Shown: one piece after another, positions 52,117-61,632 of the stretch
Layout of the letters: each line of letters begins with the position of its first letter
How positions within the stretch are numbered: position 1 is the stretch's first letter
Source: Candidatus Sigynarchaeum calidifontis
GTDB lineage: Archaea; Asgardarchaeota; Lokiarchaeia; Sigyniarchaeales; Sigyniarchaeaceae
Assembly: GCA_030587475.2 (NCBI GenBank)
Contig: JAUQYZ020000035.1
Location: 10,296-74,295 of the forward strand
Length of the DNA stretch: 64,000 nucleotides
Reading direction: 5' to 3'
Translations under genes and position numbers: made by a program
Notes under the pieces: generated by a model
Seen by the model: the letters and a program-made list of their open reading frames with translations, nothing else
Told to the model about the DNA's origin: nothing
Database searches by the model: none

Positions 52117-53597
52117 TGTCGAGGAACATCTTATTCATTTATCCTCCGATAACGAACGAGACCAGCCGTGGTCTTGAATCGAACTTGATAAGCGGATCAA
52201 CGATTTCTCCCGAGATCAGCTTCCTCTACCTCGAGACTTACTTGCGCAGTAAAATCCCCGGTATCGAGATCGCATACCTGGATTTTCGGATCGAAGACAT
52301 GAACGATGCAGAAAACACATTGTCGAACGTGTTGAACGAGGGTATGTTCGGGTATGTCGGCATTACATGCTATAGTTGCCATTACCTCACGTCGATAGCA
52401 ATAGCTCGGATTGTAAAGAAGATAAACAAGGATATTGTTATCATCATTGGAGGTTTCCATCCAACCACATGTCCAGACGATTTCACGTTCCCTGGCTCTC
52501 CAATAGATTACGTGGTTCGTGGCGAGGGAGAGATCTCGCTATATCAAATATTGGCACGTGGAGACAAGGTGGTTTCTTCACCTCGTGTGGTGGAGGGAAC
52601 GCAAATCGATAAATTAGATGAAATTCCTCCCATCTCCCTGGAACTTTTCGAAAAGTATAAAGAAAAGATGGATTTTTCCGATCTCCCTGTTTATTTCTCC
52701 CGGGGATGCACGTTTGATTGTAGTTTTTGCATTTCACGCGAGGGTACATGCGGGTTGAAGCGGTATCGTGTTCTTTCTCCAAGCAAGGCAATCACGCAAC
52801 TCGAGATTCTCGAATCTTACAACCCGAATCGAATAACGATAATGGATTCTCTATTTGGCGCAAATCGGAAATGGTTTGACACCATCACCTCGTTGATGCA
52901 AAAGAAAAACCGGCCTTACAAAGTCAAGGTTGAAGCACATGTCGATATCTTGAGCGATGAAAAATTACACGCGTTGATAAAAAGCGGAATCGACCTGACA
53001 GTCGGTTTTGAAAATGCTTCTCCCCAACAACTCGTTCTTATGAATAAAACAAAAGATCCAATGCGTTATATATACAACATGAATCGGATTATCGATACTT
53101 TCTTCCATTCTGGTCGAGAATTGGTTGTCAATATCCTTATAGGATTTCCTGGCGAGACCAGGCGTACAATCGATGAGACGTTTGCTTTCCTTGCGAGATC
53201 GTCGCCGAAATTAGATTCCACGTTATTAAAGTTCTCCTTGTTTCGCATCTATCCAGGAACGCCAGTATTCCGCTATACACCCTTTTTCCACGATGTTTTC
53301 GGGAGCATCTTCTATACAAAGGATTGGTGGTATCATGACGTTGATCACTCCCTTTTTCCATCGATCGTGGATCCATCCCGGCATTTGGACTTGATCTCGG
53401 AAATAACCTATGTTAGAGACAAGATCAACACTCTTTATGCCGATTTGGTGTCCCGGGGCGGTGTATCTTCCGTTACATACAAGCTGGCCTTTATACGCCA
53501 TTTATCACGGGTGAACCGGAGCTATGATGGCCTGAAAGATCGCATCGTTAACCTCCGCAACAGCGTTCCCAAGAAATTTCCGAGTTTGGCACTATAA
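52116..53597 (+). CDS. B12-binding radical SAM protein
   Basis: GGFHPT, GEGE, SRGCTFDCSFC, GFE, IGFPGET, YPGT. Confidence 0.92.
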   Translation: MSRNILFIYPPITNETSRGLESNLISGSTISPEISFLYLETYLRSKIPGIEIAYLDFRIEDMNDAENTLSNVLNEGMFGYVGITCYSCHYLTSIAIARIVKKINKDIVIIIGGFHPTTCPDDFTFPGSPIDYVVRGEGEISLYQILARGDKVVSSPRVVEGTQIDKLDEIPPISLELFEKYKEKMDFSDLPVYFSRGCTFDCSFCISREGTCGLKRYRVLSPSKAITQLEILESYNPNRITIMDSLFGANRKWFDTITSLMQKKNRPYKVKVEAHVDILSDEKLHALIKSGIDLTVGFENASPQQLVLMNKTKDPMRYIYNMNRIIDTFFHSGRELVVNILIGFPGETRRTIDETFAFLARSSPKLDSTLLKFSLFRIYPGTPVFRYTPFFHDVFGSIFYTKDWWYHDVDHSLFPSIVDPSRHLDLISEITYVRDKINTLYADLVSRGGVSSVTYKLAFIRHLSRVNRSYDGLKDRIVNLRNSVPKKFPSLAL

Positions 53598-53638
53598 AAA
53601 AAAAGAATTTCTTCAAGCATTCAATACAAGCGAAAAGA

Positions 53639-53899
53639 TTAGAAGATGCCCATTTTGTTAGCCACTTCGGATGCGGGATTGGCTGGATCCAAGCGGATAA
53701 ACGCTTTTTTCTCTCCGCGCGGTGTGATCACGGTATTGATTTTCCTGCACTTGACGGAATACATTTTCTCTATTGCTCCTTTGATCATTTTCTTGTTGGC
53801 TTTCTTATCAACGATGAACACGAGCTTGTTCTCATTTTCGATGAGATTAAACGTGCTTTCCGTTATTACTGGGCGGATCAAGATTTCTGTCGGATCCAT
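53639..53899 (-). CDS. rpl23: 50S ribosomal protein uL23
   Basis: PVITE, ENENKLVFIVD, GEKKAFIRL. Confidence 0.96.
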   Translation of the reverse strand: MDPTEILIRPVITESTFNLIENENKLVFIVDKKANKKMIKGAIEKMYSVKCRKINTVITPRGEKKAFIRLDPANPASEVANKMGIF

Positions 53900-53904
53900 C
53901 GCGA

Positions 53905-54675
53905 TCACCTTTTCTCGTTGAGGGCATTAATTGCCGATTCGGACCAGATCACGAGACGTCCTGCTGTTCCGCCCGGGGCAAGATGCTCGACGCTTAGATT
54001 CCTCAACGGGATCACGTCGACACCCGGTATGTTTCGTGCTGCATCGTGTATGCCCAGCTTCTCCGCAACAATTAAAGGCCCTTTGCAGCCTTTGTATTTC
54101 AACCCACGGCGTTTTTCCTTGCCGGCCCTGATATGGCGGTTCCTAGCACGCTCAAGTTCCTTGGTTAATCCCACTTTTTCGAGCAAATCAACAAGCATTC
54201 TGGTTCGTTTTATGGTTTGGATCTTGTCATCGAATATTAAAAGCGGCGTCTCAAGTCCGTCAATGATATGTCCCCTGTTTTTCACCAGTTGAACGTTGGC
54301 TGTTGCAGCTATTGCTGAATCGAGAGCAATCGCCTTCTCTTTTTTATTTACCTTCTTAAAAAGTACCTTGTTGGTTCTCGGGGGCTGTGCCAACCGCCCG
54401 CCAACCGTCATGGGTGCGAATATACCTGCACCGGCCGCTCGAGTGCCGGCCCCCTTTACCCGGGGAACCCGCGCTTGTGCCCGGCCGACACCGAGCGAGA
54501 CCGCCGACGTGCGTTTTCCAGCCATTGGATCTCTTCCTTGAACTTGTTTTTGGATACTTTGGGATGCTGCAACAACCCTGGATATCAAGTCCGGGCGAAA
54601 TGGCGTGTCAAACACGCTCCCGAGCTTAATTACTTTCTTGATGTTTCCTTCAATATCACGTACTTGGCCATTCAT
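53905..54675 (-). CDS. rpl4: 50S ribosomal protein uL4
   Basis: RPDLI, AGKRTSA, ARVPRV, RNIPGVD, LAPGG..GRL. Confidence 0.96.
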   Translation of the reverse strand: MNGQVRDIEGNIKKVIKLGSVFDTPFRPDLISRVVAASQSIQKQVQGRDPMAGKRTSAVSLGVGRAQARVPRVKGAGTRAAGAGIFAPMTVGGRLAQPPRTNKVLFKKVNKKEKAIALDSAIAATANVQLVKNRGHIIDGLETPLLIFDDKIQTIKRTRMLVDLLEKVGLTKELERARNRHIRAGKEKRRGLKYKGCKGPLIVAEKLGIHDAARNIPGVDVIPLRNLSVEHLAPGGTAGRLVIWSESAINALNEKR

Positions 54676-54689
54676 GATCGATCACCTTT

Positions 54690-55703
54690 TTATTTCATTT
54701 GCTGGCTTAAGACGCTCATATAAGTGATCTCTGGTGCGGAGATGTCCTTAGAGCCCCGGATAGAAGCACGCAACCGGACGAACCGCTTTTTAGCGCCCGG
54801 AACACTGCCCTTGATCATTATATAATCCCCTTTCACCAGCCCATATCTTATAAAACCTCCTTTCGGGTTGATTTCCTCGCCTTTCTCGCTGATTTTTATT
54901 ATTTGCTTGTTGTACTCTGTTCGTTGATGAAAGCCCATCTGGCCGCCACGAGGTGCTGTCCAACAGATGCGCGACGGCGTCTCGGGTCCTAAGCAGCCAA
55001 CTTTCCGAACGGCCTTTCGTGACTTGTGCTGAATCCTGTGCACCCGGAACCTCTTGATAGGGCCTTGCGTACCCTTACCCTTCGAGACCGCAACAACATC
55101 CACGACTTGCCCGGTTTTTAGAACATCGAAAGCACGGATCGGCTTGCCCAAGTTATCTTTCGCATACTGGAAACAATCCTTGATCTTGCGCCCCCCGATC
55201 TTGATTTCCAACAAGTCGGGTTTTTTCCGAGAAAGAGCACTCAAGTGCGGCTGTGATGCGAAAAGCCCCCGGATCTCGAGGTTATTCTCTTTAGAAACAA
55301 TTTCGTCCAATTTCGCCAATTGCTCGGAAGAATTCATTTCCTTTGGTAGCGAGATTTTCCGGGCAAGATACTTGTTATCCTTTACGCTTTCAGCGTGTGC
55401 TTCTGCGATTGCCCTTAGCCCTTTGATGGTCCTCTTATAAATGCGGATGCCATACATGAGAAGGGGCGGAGCATCAAGGATCGTCACGGGACAAAAAATT
55501 TCTTGATCTTTATATGGGCTGTTTGGATATTTCTCGATATATGCGACATGGGTCATCCCTGCCTTGAATCCACCGAATCCGAGCAGCCCTGTCTCATTTG
55601 TTTCAGGCCAGTGCTTGATCTTGCCTTTTATTGTCTTGGCGCGCTTCCGTGGAAGGTAGGCCAAAGATCCGTGACGTGGTGCACTTTTCTTTCGATGTCC
55701 CAT
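54690..55703 (-). CDS. rpl3: 50S ribosomal protein uL3
   Basis: PRHGSLAYLPRKRA, FKAGMTH, GQMGFHQRTEYNK, KGSVPG; GGTGA SD before ATG 55703. Confidence 0.97.
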   Translation of the reverse strand: MGHRKKSAPRHGSLAYLPRKRAKTIKGKIKHWPETNETGLLGFGGFKAGMTHVAYIEKYPNSPYKDQEIFCPVTILDAPPLLMYGIRIYKRTIKGLRAIAEAHAESVKDNKYLARKISLPKEMNSSEQLAKLDEIVSKENNLEIRGLFASQPHLSALSRKKPDLLEIKIGGRKIKDCFQYAKDNLGKPIRAFDVLKTGQVVDVVAVSKGKGTQGPIKRFRVHRIQHKSRKAVRKVGCLGPETPSRICWTAPRGGQMGFHQRTEYNKQIIKISEKGEEINPKGGFIRYGLVKGDYIMIKGSVPGAKKRFVRLRASIRGSKDISAPEITYMSVLSQQMK

Positions 55704-56004
55704 AAAAGTCACCAGTGTGGTAGTTGTTGACAAAAATGTTCTGCTTGATTTAAACGCGACGATTTGGCGTATCGTGCGGAGAAATAAGAGATGATGATCG
55801 GTACTTGCACGAAACTGCGCGAGAATCTCCCGTATCCAATGGGATCTGCTGGATTTATCGTATCAAGAATAGCGAGGAATATTCCTCGCGTTTCTCTCGC
55901 GGCTCACCGATGTAACTTTATTTATATTCCACCACAATGGAAATACATATTTGAAGACATAGTGCCAACATCTAGCTGCTCGGGAAATCCGATCCCGTCC
56001 TCTG

Positions 56005-56562
56005 ATGCCACAAAGAAAACAAGATGCATCGTCCATGTTGAAAAAAATAGGCGTCCAGAAAGGGTTAAAGAACATCAATATCGATGCTGATTCCCACATC
56101 ATTTATAAAAAGACCAATCTCTCGCTGGTCGTATTGCGACCAAACGACCTGGCTCAGATGGGCGATTTAATAGGCCAAGGAAACAAGGACATCATCACGT
56201 GGATAGGAAAGACGGTCGGTCGAAATATTGCCGAGGTTGTTTACAAGGACGAATCGCCCAGGACGAACGCGGAGCTGCTCGAAAAATCTTTTAGAACGTT
56301 GGAGATGCTTGGCTTCGGAATCTTGAGCTTGCAAAATTATCAAGACGATGTTGGCTTTCAAGTCAAGGTGGAAAACCCGCTGTACGAGCATCTCGAAGAA
56401 AATCAAGAAATCATCAGTAACATCTACCTCGGGATCTTCCTCGGCATCCTTGAATATATCGGTCGCAAGGCCAATGGCATTGAAACCGAGGCCGCGTGGA
56501 AGACCCAAGGAATCACTCATTCGACATTTGAATTAAAGATCGAGGGGGTAGTCACGCAATGA
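56005..56562 (+). CDS. V4R/Bet3-like (TRAPP-like fold) protein
   Basis: IGKTVGRN helix, LGFG, VENP, GIFLGIL, ETE...HSTF; lacks the V4R Cys ligands. Confidence 0.7.
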   Translation: MPQRKQDASSMLKKIGVQKGLKNINIDADSHIIYKKTNLSLVVLRPNDLAQMGDLIGQGNKDIITWIGKTVGRNIAEVVYKDESPRTNAELLEKSFRTLEMLGFGILSLQNYQDDVGFQVKVENPLYEHLEENQEIISNIYLGIFLGILEYIGRKANGIETEAAWKTQGITHSTFELKIEGVVTQ

Positions 56563-57050
56563 AATCGCTCAAGTTAAAGGGGCTCGAGTACGCTAACGGC
56601 GTTATAAAATTGTTCGACGAGCGGGTCGTCTTGTTCCCTCCATCCATCATAGGTTTACTCTCGTCCATCTACGGCGAGGGCGCAGAGCCGTTACTCGTGT
56701 TTCTCGGCAAAAAGCTCGGGCGTTCCATGATAGAGAAATGGGACTTCGAGCTCAAGCCGAAGAATATCAAGGAAATAACCGAGCTTTTCTCGGATCTATT
56801 CAGCACCACGGGATGGGGACAGATGGTCGTGCGGGACGTGACTGACGACCAGATCATCTTCCAACTCATGCACAACGTGGCGAAAACCTTGGAAATTCCC
56901 TCCAAATTCATCGATTTCTTCATCACCGGGTACATCACCGGCTTCGCAGAGTACATCTATTACAAGGCAAAAGTACAAGAAACGCTATGCATGATAGACG
57001 ACGAGAACCTTGATTTCTGCCAATGGGTCGTGAACCGGATCCCGACGTAA
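56559..57050 (+). CDS. V4R/Bet3-like protein
   Basis: ERVVLFP, GKKLGR, GWG, GYITGF, ETLC...FCQW. Confidence 0.8.
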   Translation: MKSLKLKGLEYANGVIKLFDERVVLFPPSIIGLLSSIYGEGAEPLLVFLGKKLGRSMIEKWDFELKPKNIKEITELFSDLFSTTGWGQMVVRDVTDDQIIFQLMHNVAKTLEIPSKFIDFFITGYITGFAEYIYYKAKVQETLCMIDDENLDFCQWVVNRIPT

Positions 57051-57112
57051 AGGATTGTTCCATTGCATTCTCGATCCACTCTATCACGATTATTGTCCGA
57101 AGCGGGGGAATC

Positions 57113-58135
57113 ATGTCGATCGACGTGAAAAAACTGGAAATGCTGCTGGATTCATACTTGAGCAGGACCCCCAATCTAATTTCTGCCCTCGTCGTCGACA
57201 GGGACGGGCTCGTGATCGGTTCCAGGACAAAGAAGAAAAAAACGAACGTCGACGAGGACCTCCTTTCGGGTATCAGCGCCATCGTGGAACCGATCTTGAA
57301 AAAGATCACGAAGGAATTCAAGACCGGCGCGTTCGGCAGCGGCACGTTCGACACGGATAACTATCGCCTCGTGTTCCTGGAAGCCGGTAGCTATGCCCTC
57401 CTCGTGACAGTCGCAGATTTTTATGCCAACCTGGATGACATCTACCCGTACGCGTATATCTGCGCTGAAAAAATATCCCGTCTCTTCGATAACAGGACAG
57501 TCGGCGCGGACATCCCCATGATCAATCTCGGGGTTCCCCGAAAGGAAATGGAGCCCGTGAAAGATGGCAAGATCAAGCAGATGAAGTTCGAGCCGGGAGA
57601 TTACGTCTTCAAGCTCGTGATCGCCGGGGATGGTGCCGTCGGAAAAACGACGCTCGTTCAAAAATTTGTCGAGGAAAAGTTCAACGAGGATTACCTGGCA
57701 ACGATCGGTGCCAACATAATGAAGAAAGAATACAAGCTGCGTGGCGAGGACGTGGTCTGCCAGTTCAGCATCTGGGACCTCGCTGGCCAGGACCTCTTCA
57801 AGCGCGCGCGGAAGAGTTACTTCGCGAACGCCGCCGCGGGCATCATCGTGTTCGATGTCACCCGGAAAGTGACGTTCGAGCACGTGAAGGCGTGGATGCT
57901 CGAGTTCCAGATCGTCGGGAAGCCGATCCCCATCGTGCTCGTCGGGAACAAGGTGGATCTCGTCGACGCGCGCGAGGTGTCGCAAACAGAGGCTGAAGCG
58001 CTTGCCAAGGAGCTGAACCTTTCCTATATCGAAACGAGCGCCAAGAACGGGTCGAACGTGGAGGAGGTGTTCGAGATGCTCGCGTACTTCCTCGTGAAAG
58101 CCAATTTCTCCCAGACCGAGTCCATCGCGTTGTGA
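57113..58135 (+). CDS. Roadblock domain-Rab-like GTPase fusion
   Basis: N-terminal ISALVVDRDGLVIGS roadblock; GDGAVGKT, YLATIG, WDLAGQ, GNKVD, ETSAK. Confidence 0.92.
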   Translation: MSIDVKKLEMLLDSYLSRTPNLISALVVDRDGLVIGSRTKKKKTNVDEDLLSGISAIVEPILKKITKEFKTGAFGSGTFDTDNYRLVFLEAGSYALLVTVADFYANLDDIYPYAYICAEKISRLFDNRTVGADIPMINLGVPRKEMEPVKDGKIKQMKFEPGDYVFKLVIAGDGAVGKTTLVQKFVEEKFNEDYLATIGANIMKKEYKLRGEDVVCQFSIWDLAGQDLFKRARKSYFANAAAGIIVFDVTRKVTFEHVKAWMLEFQIVGKPIPIVLVGNKVDLVDAREVSQTEAEALAKELNLSYIETSAKNGSNVEEVFEMLAYFLVKANFSQTESIAL

Positions 58136-58225
58136 TGCATCGGAGGTTCCATGAGCAAGGACTTTATTTGAGAAAAATTCCATTGTGTAGAACGGATCAA
58201 CCGATCCGAGGGTCGATATCCTGGC

Positions 58226-59233
58226 ATGGTTTCAAAAACTTGCGAACAGTGTGGCGAGAGCAGTTACATGCTCTTCCCGTGCCGCCATTGCGGGAAATCG
58301 TTCTGCGCGCCTCACCGGCTTCCCGAGAACCACGGCTGCGCGGGCGGTGCTTCCACGCCAGCGTCTACGATCGCTCCCGGTTATGGGGGCGTGTATTCCC
58401 CGAATTATGCCGACCAGGATCTTGAAATGGCCCAACAACTGGCGAGAGCGCAATCGCGGGAGCTGCAACCCCGGGAATACGTCTGGGAACCCAAGATCAC
58501 GGAATTCGATGGCGACCCCTTCGACCCGAAGAGCGGCGTTGTTCTGAGGGGCGTGGCCTGGCCAAAAGGGAAAGAAATCTTCCACATACTGATTGCTTTT
58601 GTCTTGATGTTTTTCATCGGCATATTGATCAGCAATAGTGCTTTCGTTGGGCTTACTTTACCTGGTTTTGAACCGCTTGAGCGGCAGCTGTTCCCCTATT
58701 TCCTTGCTTCCATGTCGACTTCAGGCTTCTTGATCCACGAGTTCGCGCACAGGCAGACCGGGCGAAGATTCAAGCTGCCCGCGAAATTCCGGCTCCTCAC
58801 GTTCGGGCTCATGTTGACCGCTCTAGGCATCATCATGTATTTTGTTACAGGAGGCAGTTTTCCACCGTTTGCATTGCCTGGGGCAGTGGTGGTTATTGGT
58901 CTTGAAAAGAAAGATCAAGCTGGGAAATGTAAAGCTGCGGGGCCGATATCGAATCTCATCATCTCGTTGGTACTTATTCTTGTTGCATTCGTAACGGCAA
59001 TGATGCGCTTGGGATTTGAATACTTCATATTGTTTTTTTACGGCGCGTATATGAATTCTTTCCTTGGCCTTTTCAACCTGCTCCCCATTGGTTTACTCGA
59101 CGGGCATGAAATCTTTAAATACAAGAAATGGTTGTGGATAGCCTTGTTTACCACGCTTCTTGGCTTGTTGATCTTCGAGTTAATAGGCGTTTTGTACAAT
59201 GCCAATTATTGGTACTCATTTCTTTATTCATGA
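58226..59233 (+). CDS. AN1-type zinc finger fused to M50 site-2 metalloprotease
   Basis: CEQC..CRHCGKSFCAPHRLPENHGC; HEFAH, AGP, FNLLPIGLLDG. Confidence 0.88.
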   Translation: MVSKTCEQCGESSYMLFPCRHCGKSFCAPHRLPENHGCAGGASTPASTIAPGYGGVYSPNYADQDLEMAQQLARAQSRELQPREYVWEPKITEFDGDPFDPKSGVVLRGVAWPKGKEIFHILIAFVLMFFIGILISNSAFVGLTLPGFEPLERQLFPYFLASMSTSGFLIHEFAHRQTGRRFKLPAKFRLLTFGLMLTALGIIMYFVTGGSFPPFALPGAVVVIGLEKKDQAGKCKAAGPISNLIISLVLILVAFVTAMMRLGFEYFILFFYGAYMNSFLGLFNLLPIGLLDGHEIFKYKKWLWIALFTTLLGLLIFELIGVLYNANYWYSFLYS

Positions 59234-59373
59234 CTGAAGAAAACAACGGCTGGTCGGCAACTCGGTCCCATCTTGATCGAAACACAATAATGCCTAGCTT
59301 GATCGAGAGAAGGATTAATAGGTTTGGCTCTGAATAATCCGGCAATGGATTTAACTCGAGACCAGTGAACGAA

Positions 59374-59874
59374 ATGCCAGAACAAGCATCGTTGACCGAG
59401 GAAGAGGTGCTCGCCGAGATCGAGAAGTACTTGAAGCGGCTGGAGGTGCGTTTCGGGCGCACGAAGCTCGGGGAAAGCGAGGTGATCGGTGCCCCGTGGG
59501 TGATCGACGAGAAGGACTTCCTCGTCCTTGTCCGCGTGAAGAACGAGTGGATCTGGATCTCCGCGGCCATGCTGCTGAAGGAGGATATGCCTCCCGGGAA
59601 GGAAACGGATTTCTTGCTGGAGTGCTTGAAGGCAAACCACGCGCTGCCCGAGATCTGTTTCGACGCGGATCAAGAAGGTAATCTCGGGACGTCTCAAGAG
59701 ATGCACGTGACCGCGATCAAGAGCGATGGCGGGTTCGCCGAGTTCAAGTACGAGTTTTTCGCGATCCCCGCTTGCATCAAGTACTTCATGACCAAGATCG
59801 CGCCCCAGTTCGGCATCAAGGTGAACGGCTTCACGGAAATGGTCGAAAACTTCATAAAAAAAATCCAAGAATAG
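59374..59874 (+). CDS. YbjN-like (T3SS-chaperone-fold) protein
   Basis: Strand-rich N-half, LLECLKANHALP..FDADQEGN pattern. Confidence 0.55.
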   Translation: MPEQASLTEEEVLAEIEKYLKRLEVRFGRTKLGESEVIGAPWVIDEKDFLVLVRVKNEWIWISAAMLLKEDMPPGKETDFLLECLKANHALPEICFDADQEGNLGTSQEMHVTAIKSDGGFAEFKYEFFAIPACIKYFMTKIAPQFGIKVNGFTEMVENFIKKIQE

Positions 59875-59886
59875 CGCAAGGCACGT

Positions 59887-60465
59887 TCATTTCTTTTCGA
59901 GCAAGAACCTGAAGAAATCTGCTTGCGTTAACATGTAGGGCTGGATATTGGGGAAATTCTTCCTGATCTTGTCAAAGAGCTCGCTGAAATATTCCGCCCG
60001 TTCTTTCTGGCGCGCCACGTCCTCGCGGCTCAGTTCCCTGATCGTGATCACCGGGTCGCCTTGCATGACCGTCCTCGCCGGGATGTTCATCCCCGACGGC
60101 ACCATGGAGTCGGGAAGAATCAAGACACCCTCGCCGACCGTGGTACCCTCGAACACGACCGAATTCTTGGAGATCGTGACGTAATCCTCCGTGAACAACC
60201 CGTATATGCAAGAACCAGACTCGATGATGCAATAGTTGCCTATGTTGATGGGGCTATTTTTCGTGCGAGCGTGCAAGACGACCCCGTCGAACACGGTGGA
60301 ATACTCGCCTATCGTTATCGTCGAAAAATCGCCACGGATGACCGACCCTGGCCACACCACCGCGTGGTCCTTGATGGACACGTCTCCGATGATCGTCGCA
60401 TTCGGTGACACGTAGGCTTTGTCGCTGATGAGCGGCTTCATGGTTTTATATTCCATTATTGGCAT
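59887..60465 (-). CDS. Gamma-carbonic-anhydrase-like left-handed beta-helix protein (Zn ligands incomplete)
   Basis: AYVSPNATIIGDV, VIRGD, hexapeptide repeats, GDP..IREL. Confidence 0.85.
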   Translation of the reverse strand: MPIMEYKTMKPLISDKAYVSPNATIIGDVSIKDHAVVWPGSVIRGDFSTITIGEYSTVFDGVVLHARTKNSPINIGNYCIIESGSCIYGLFTEDYVTISKNSVVFEGTTVGEGVLILPDSMVPSGMNIPARTVMQGDPVITIRELSREDVARQKERAEYFSELFDKIRKNFPNIQPYMLTQADFFRFLLEKK

Positions 60466-60554
60466 GGTTCCACCCAGTTGCCTGGTTCTCTGGTGATCGT
60501 GCAACAGATCCCATATCACGCTTTCGATTAATAATGGTTTTTTCTGGTGTATGC

Positions 60555-61352
60555 CTACACGCGCTGCACCGGGTTTTCGTCGTGCAATGCAAACGTGACG
60601 TTCGGGTGCTTTAACGAGAGTAACGCCTTTAACTTGCTCATGCCGAGGATATCGGTCGTATAGTGAGAGATTTCGATGAATGCAATGCGCAAATCGCTCA
60701 AGATCGTTAAAACTTCGCCATGAAGCTCTCCGGCGATGAGCAAATCGATCTTTCGCTCGAGCATCGCGAGAACGGGCTGGATAGAATCGACCTTCCCACC
60801 TATGACGAGGATTCGCTTGTATACACGCTCCGGGTCCCCCTTATACGTGATCACGTTCCTGCCGAGGAGGTTCTTGGCTTGATCGAGAATTGAATCGAGG
60901 GTTCTCGTCCCGTTGGGTTCGCATATCCTTCCCACGGGAATCTCGTCTCCTTGGAAATTGGAGAGCGTGTATATTTCCTTGGATTCGAGTCGCAAGGCTT
61001 GGCAAACCGAATCTGTTATGCCCTGGGTCGAATGGTTCCATGCATCTCCCAAGACGTATACCCAGATGTTATTTTCTGTCAGTAAACGTGTTTTTTCGAA
61101 GGCAATTTCTCGAATCTTGAAAAAATGTTCGCGAGCAAGCGCGTGGTGGGAAATGATGAGGTTTGCTTTCGATGCAACCGCTTCATCGATACATTCCAGG
61201 GTCGGATCGATTGATAGCACCCCCTTCCGAATCACGATGCTTGAAATGTCCGTCTTTCGTCCAAACACGAGTCCTTGCTCTTCATTTGCCCGCAGCGTGA
61301 GCCATGGAGGGGAAAGGCTCTTCAGCGTGTTGATGATGTTTTCCAGATACAT
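60555..61352 (-). CDS. Nif3-like dinuclear metal-centre protein
   Basis: SIDPT, LIISHH, AGE, SHYTTD motifs. Confidence 0.85.
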   Translation of the reverse strand: MYLENIINTLKSLSPPWLTLRANEEQGLVFGRKTDISSIVIRKGVLSIDPTLECIDEAVASKANLIISHHALAREHFFKIREIAFEKTRLLTENNIWVYVLGDAWNHSTQGITDSVCQALRLESKEIYTLSNFQGDEIPVGRICEPNGTRTLDSILDQAKNLLGRNVITYKGDPERVYKRILVIGGKVDSIQPVLAMLERKIDLLIAGELHGEVLTILSDLRIAFIEISHYTTDILGMSKLKALLSLKHPNVTFALHDENPVQRV

Positions 61353-61632
61353 GCGATGTCACCAGGAGCGCGTATCGGGGAAGCCGATCATCCCATTTAT
61401 TTGCAATCGGTGCTCGTTATTTCTGGAATGGCTCCCAATAGACCGCTACACGATGCCTTGGGCTCGATATCAAATCTCTGAGCAACGTGTCGCTGCCAAT
61501 TCTCATCCCGGCTCTCAAAGGTGGCAATTGCCAGGCGGTCAATTTAAATACCTTCGAAAAGTTGAAGATATAAGAAGCATCGTGTTGCATGATGCGAATG
61601 GATAGCCCGTTGATCGCGTCGGATTGATTCTC

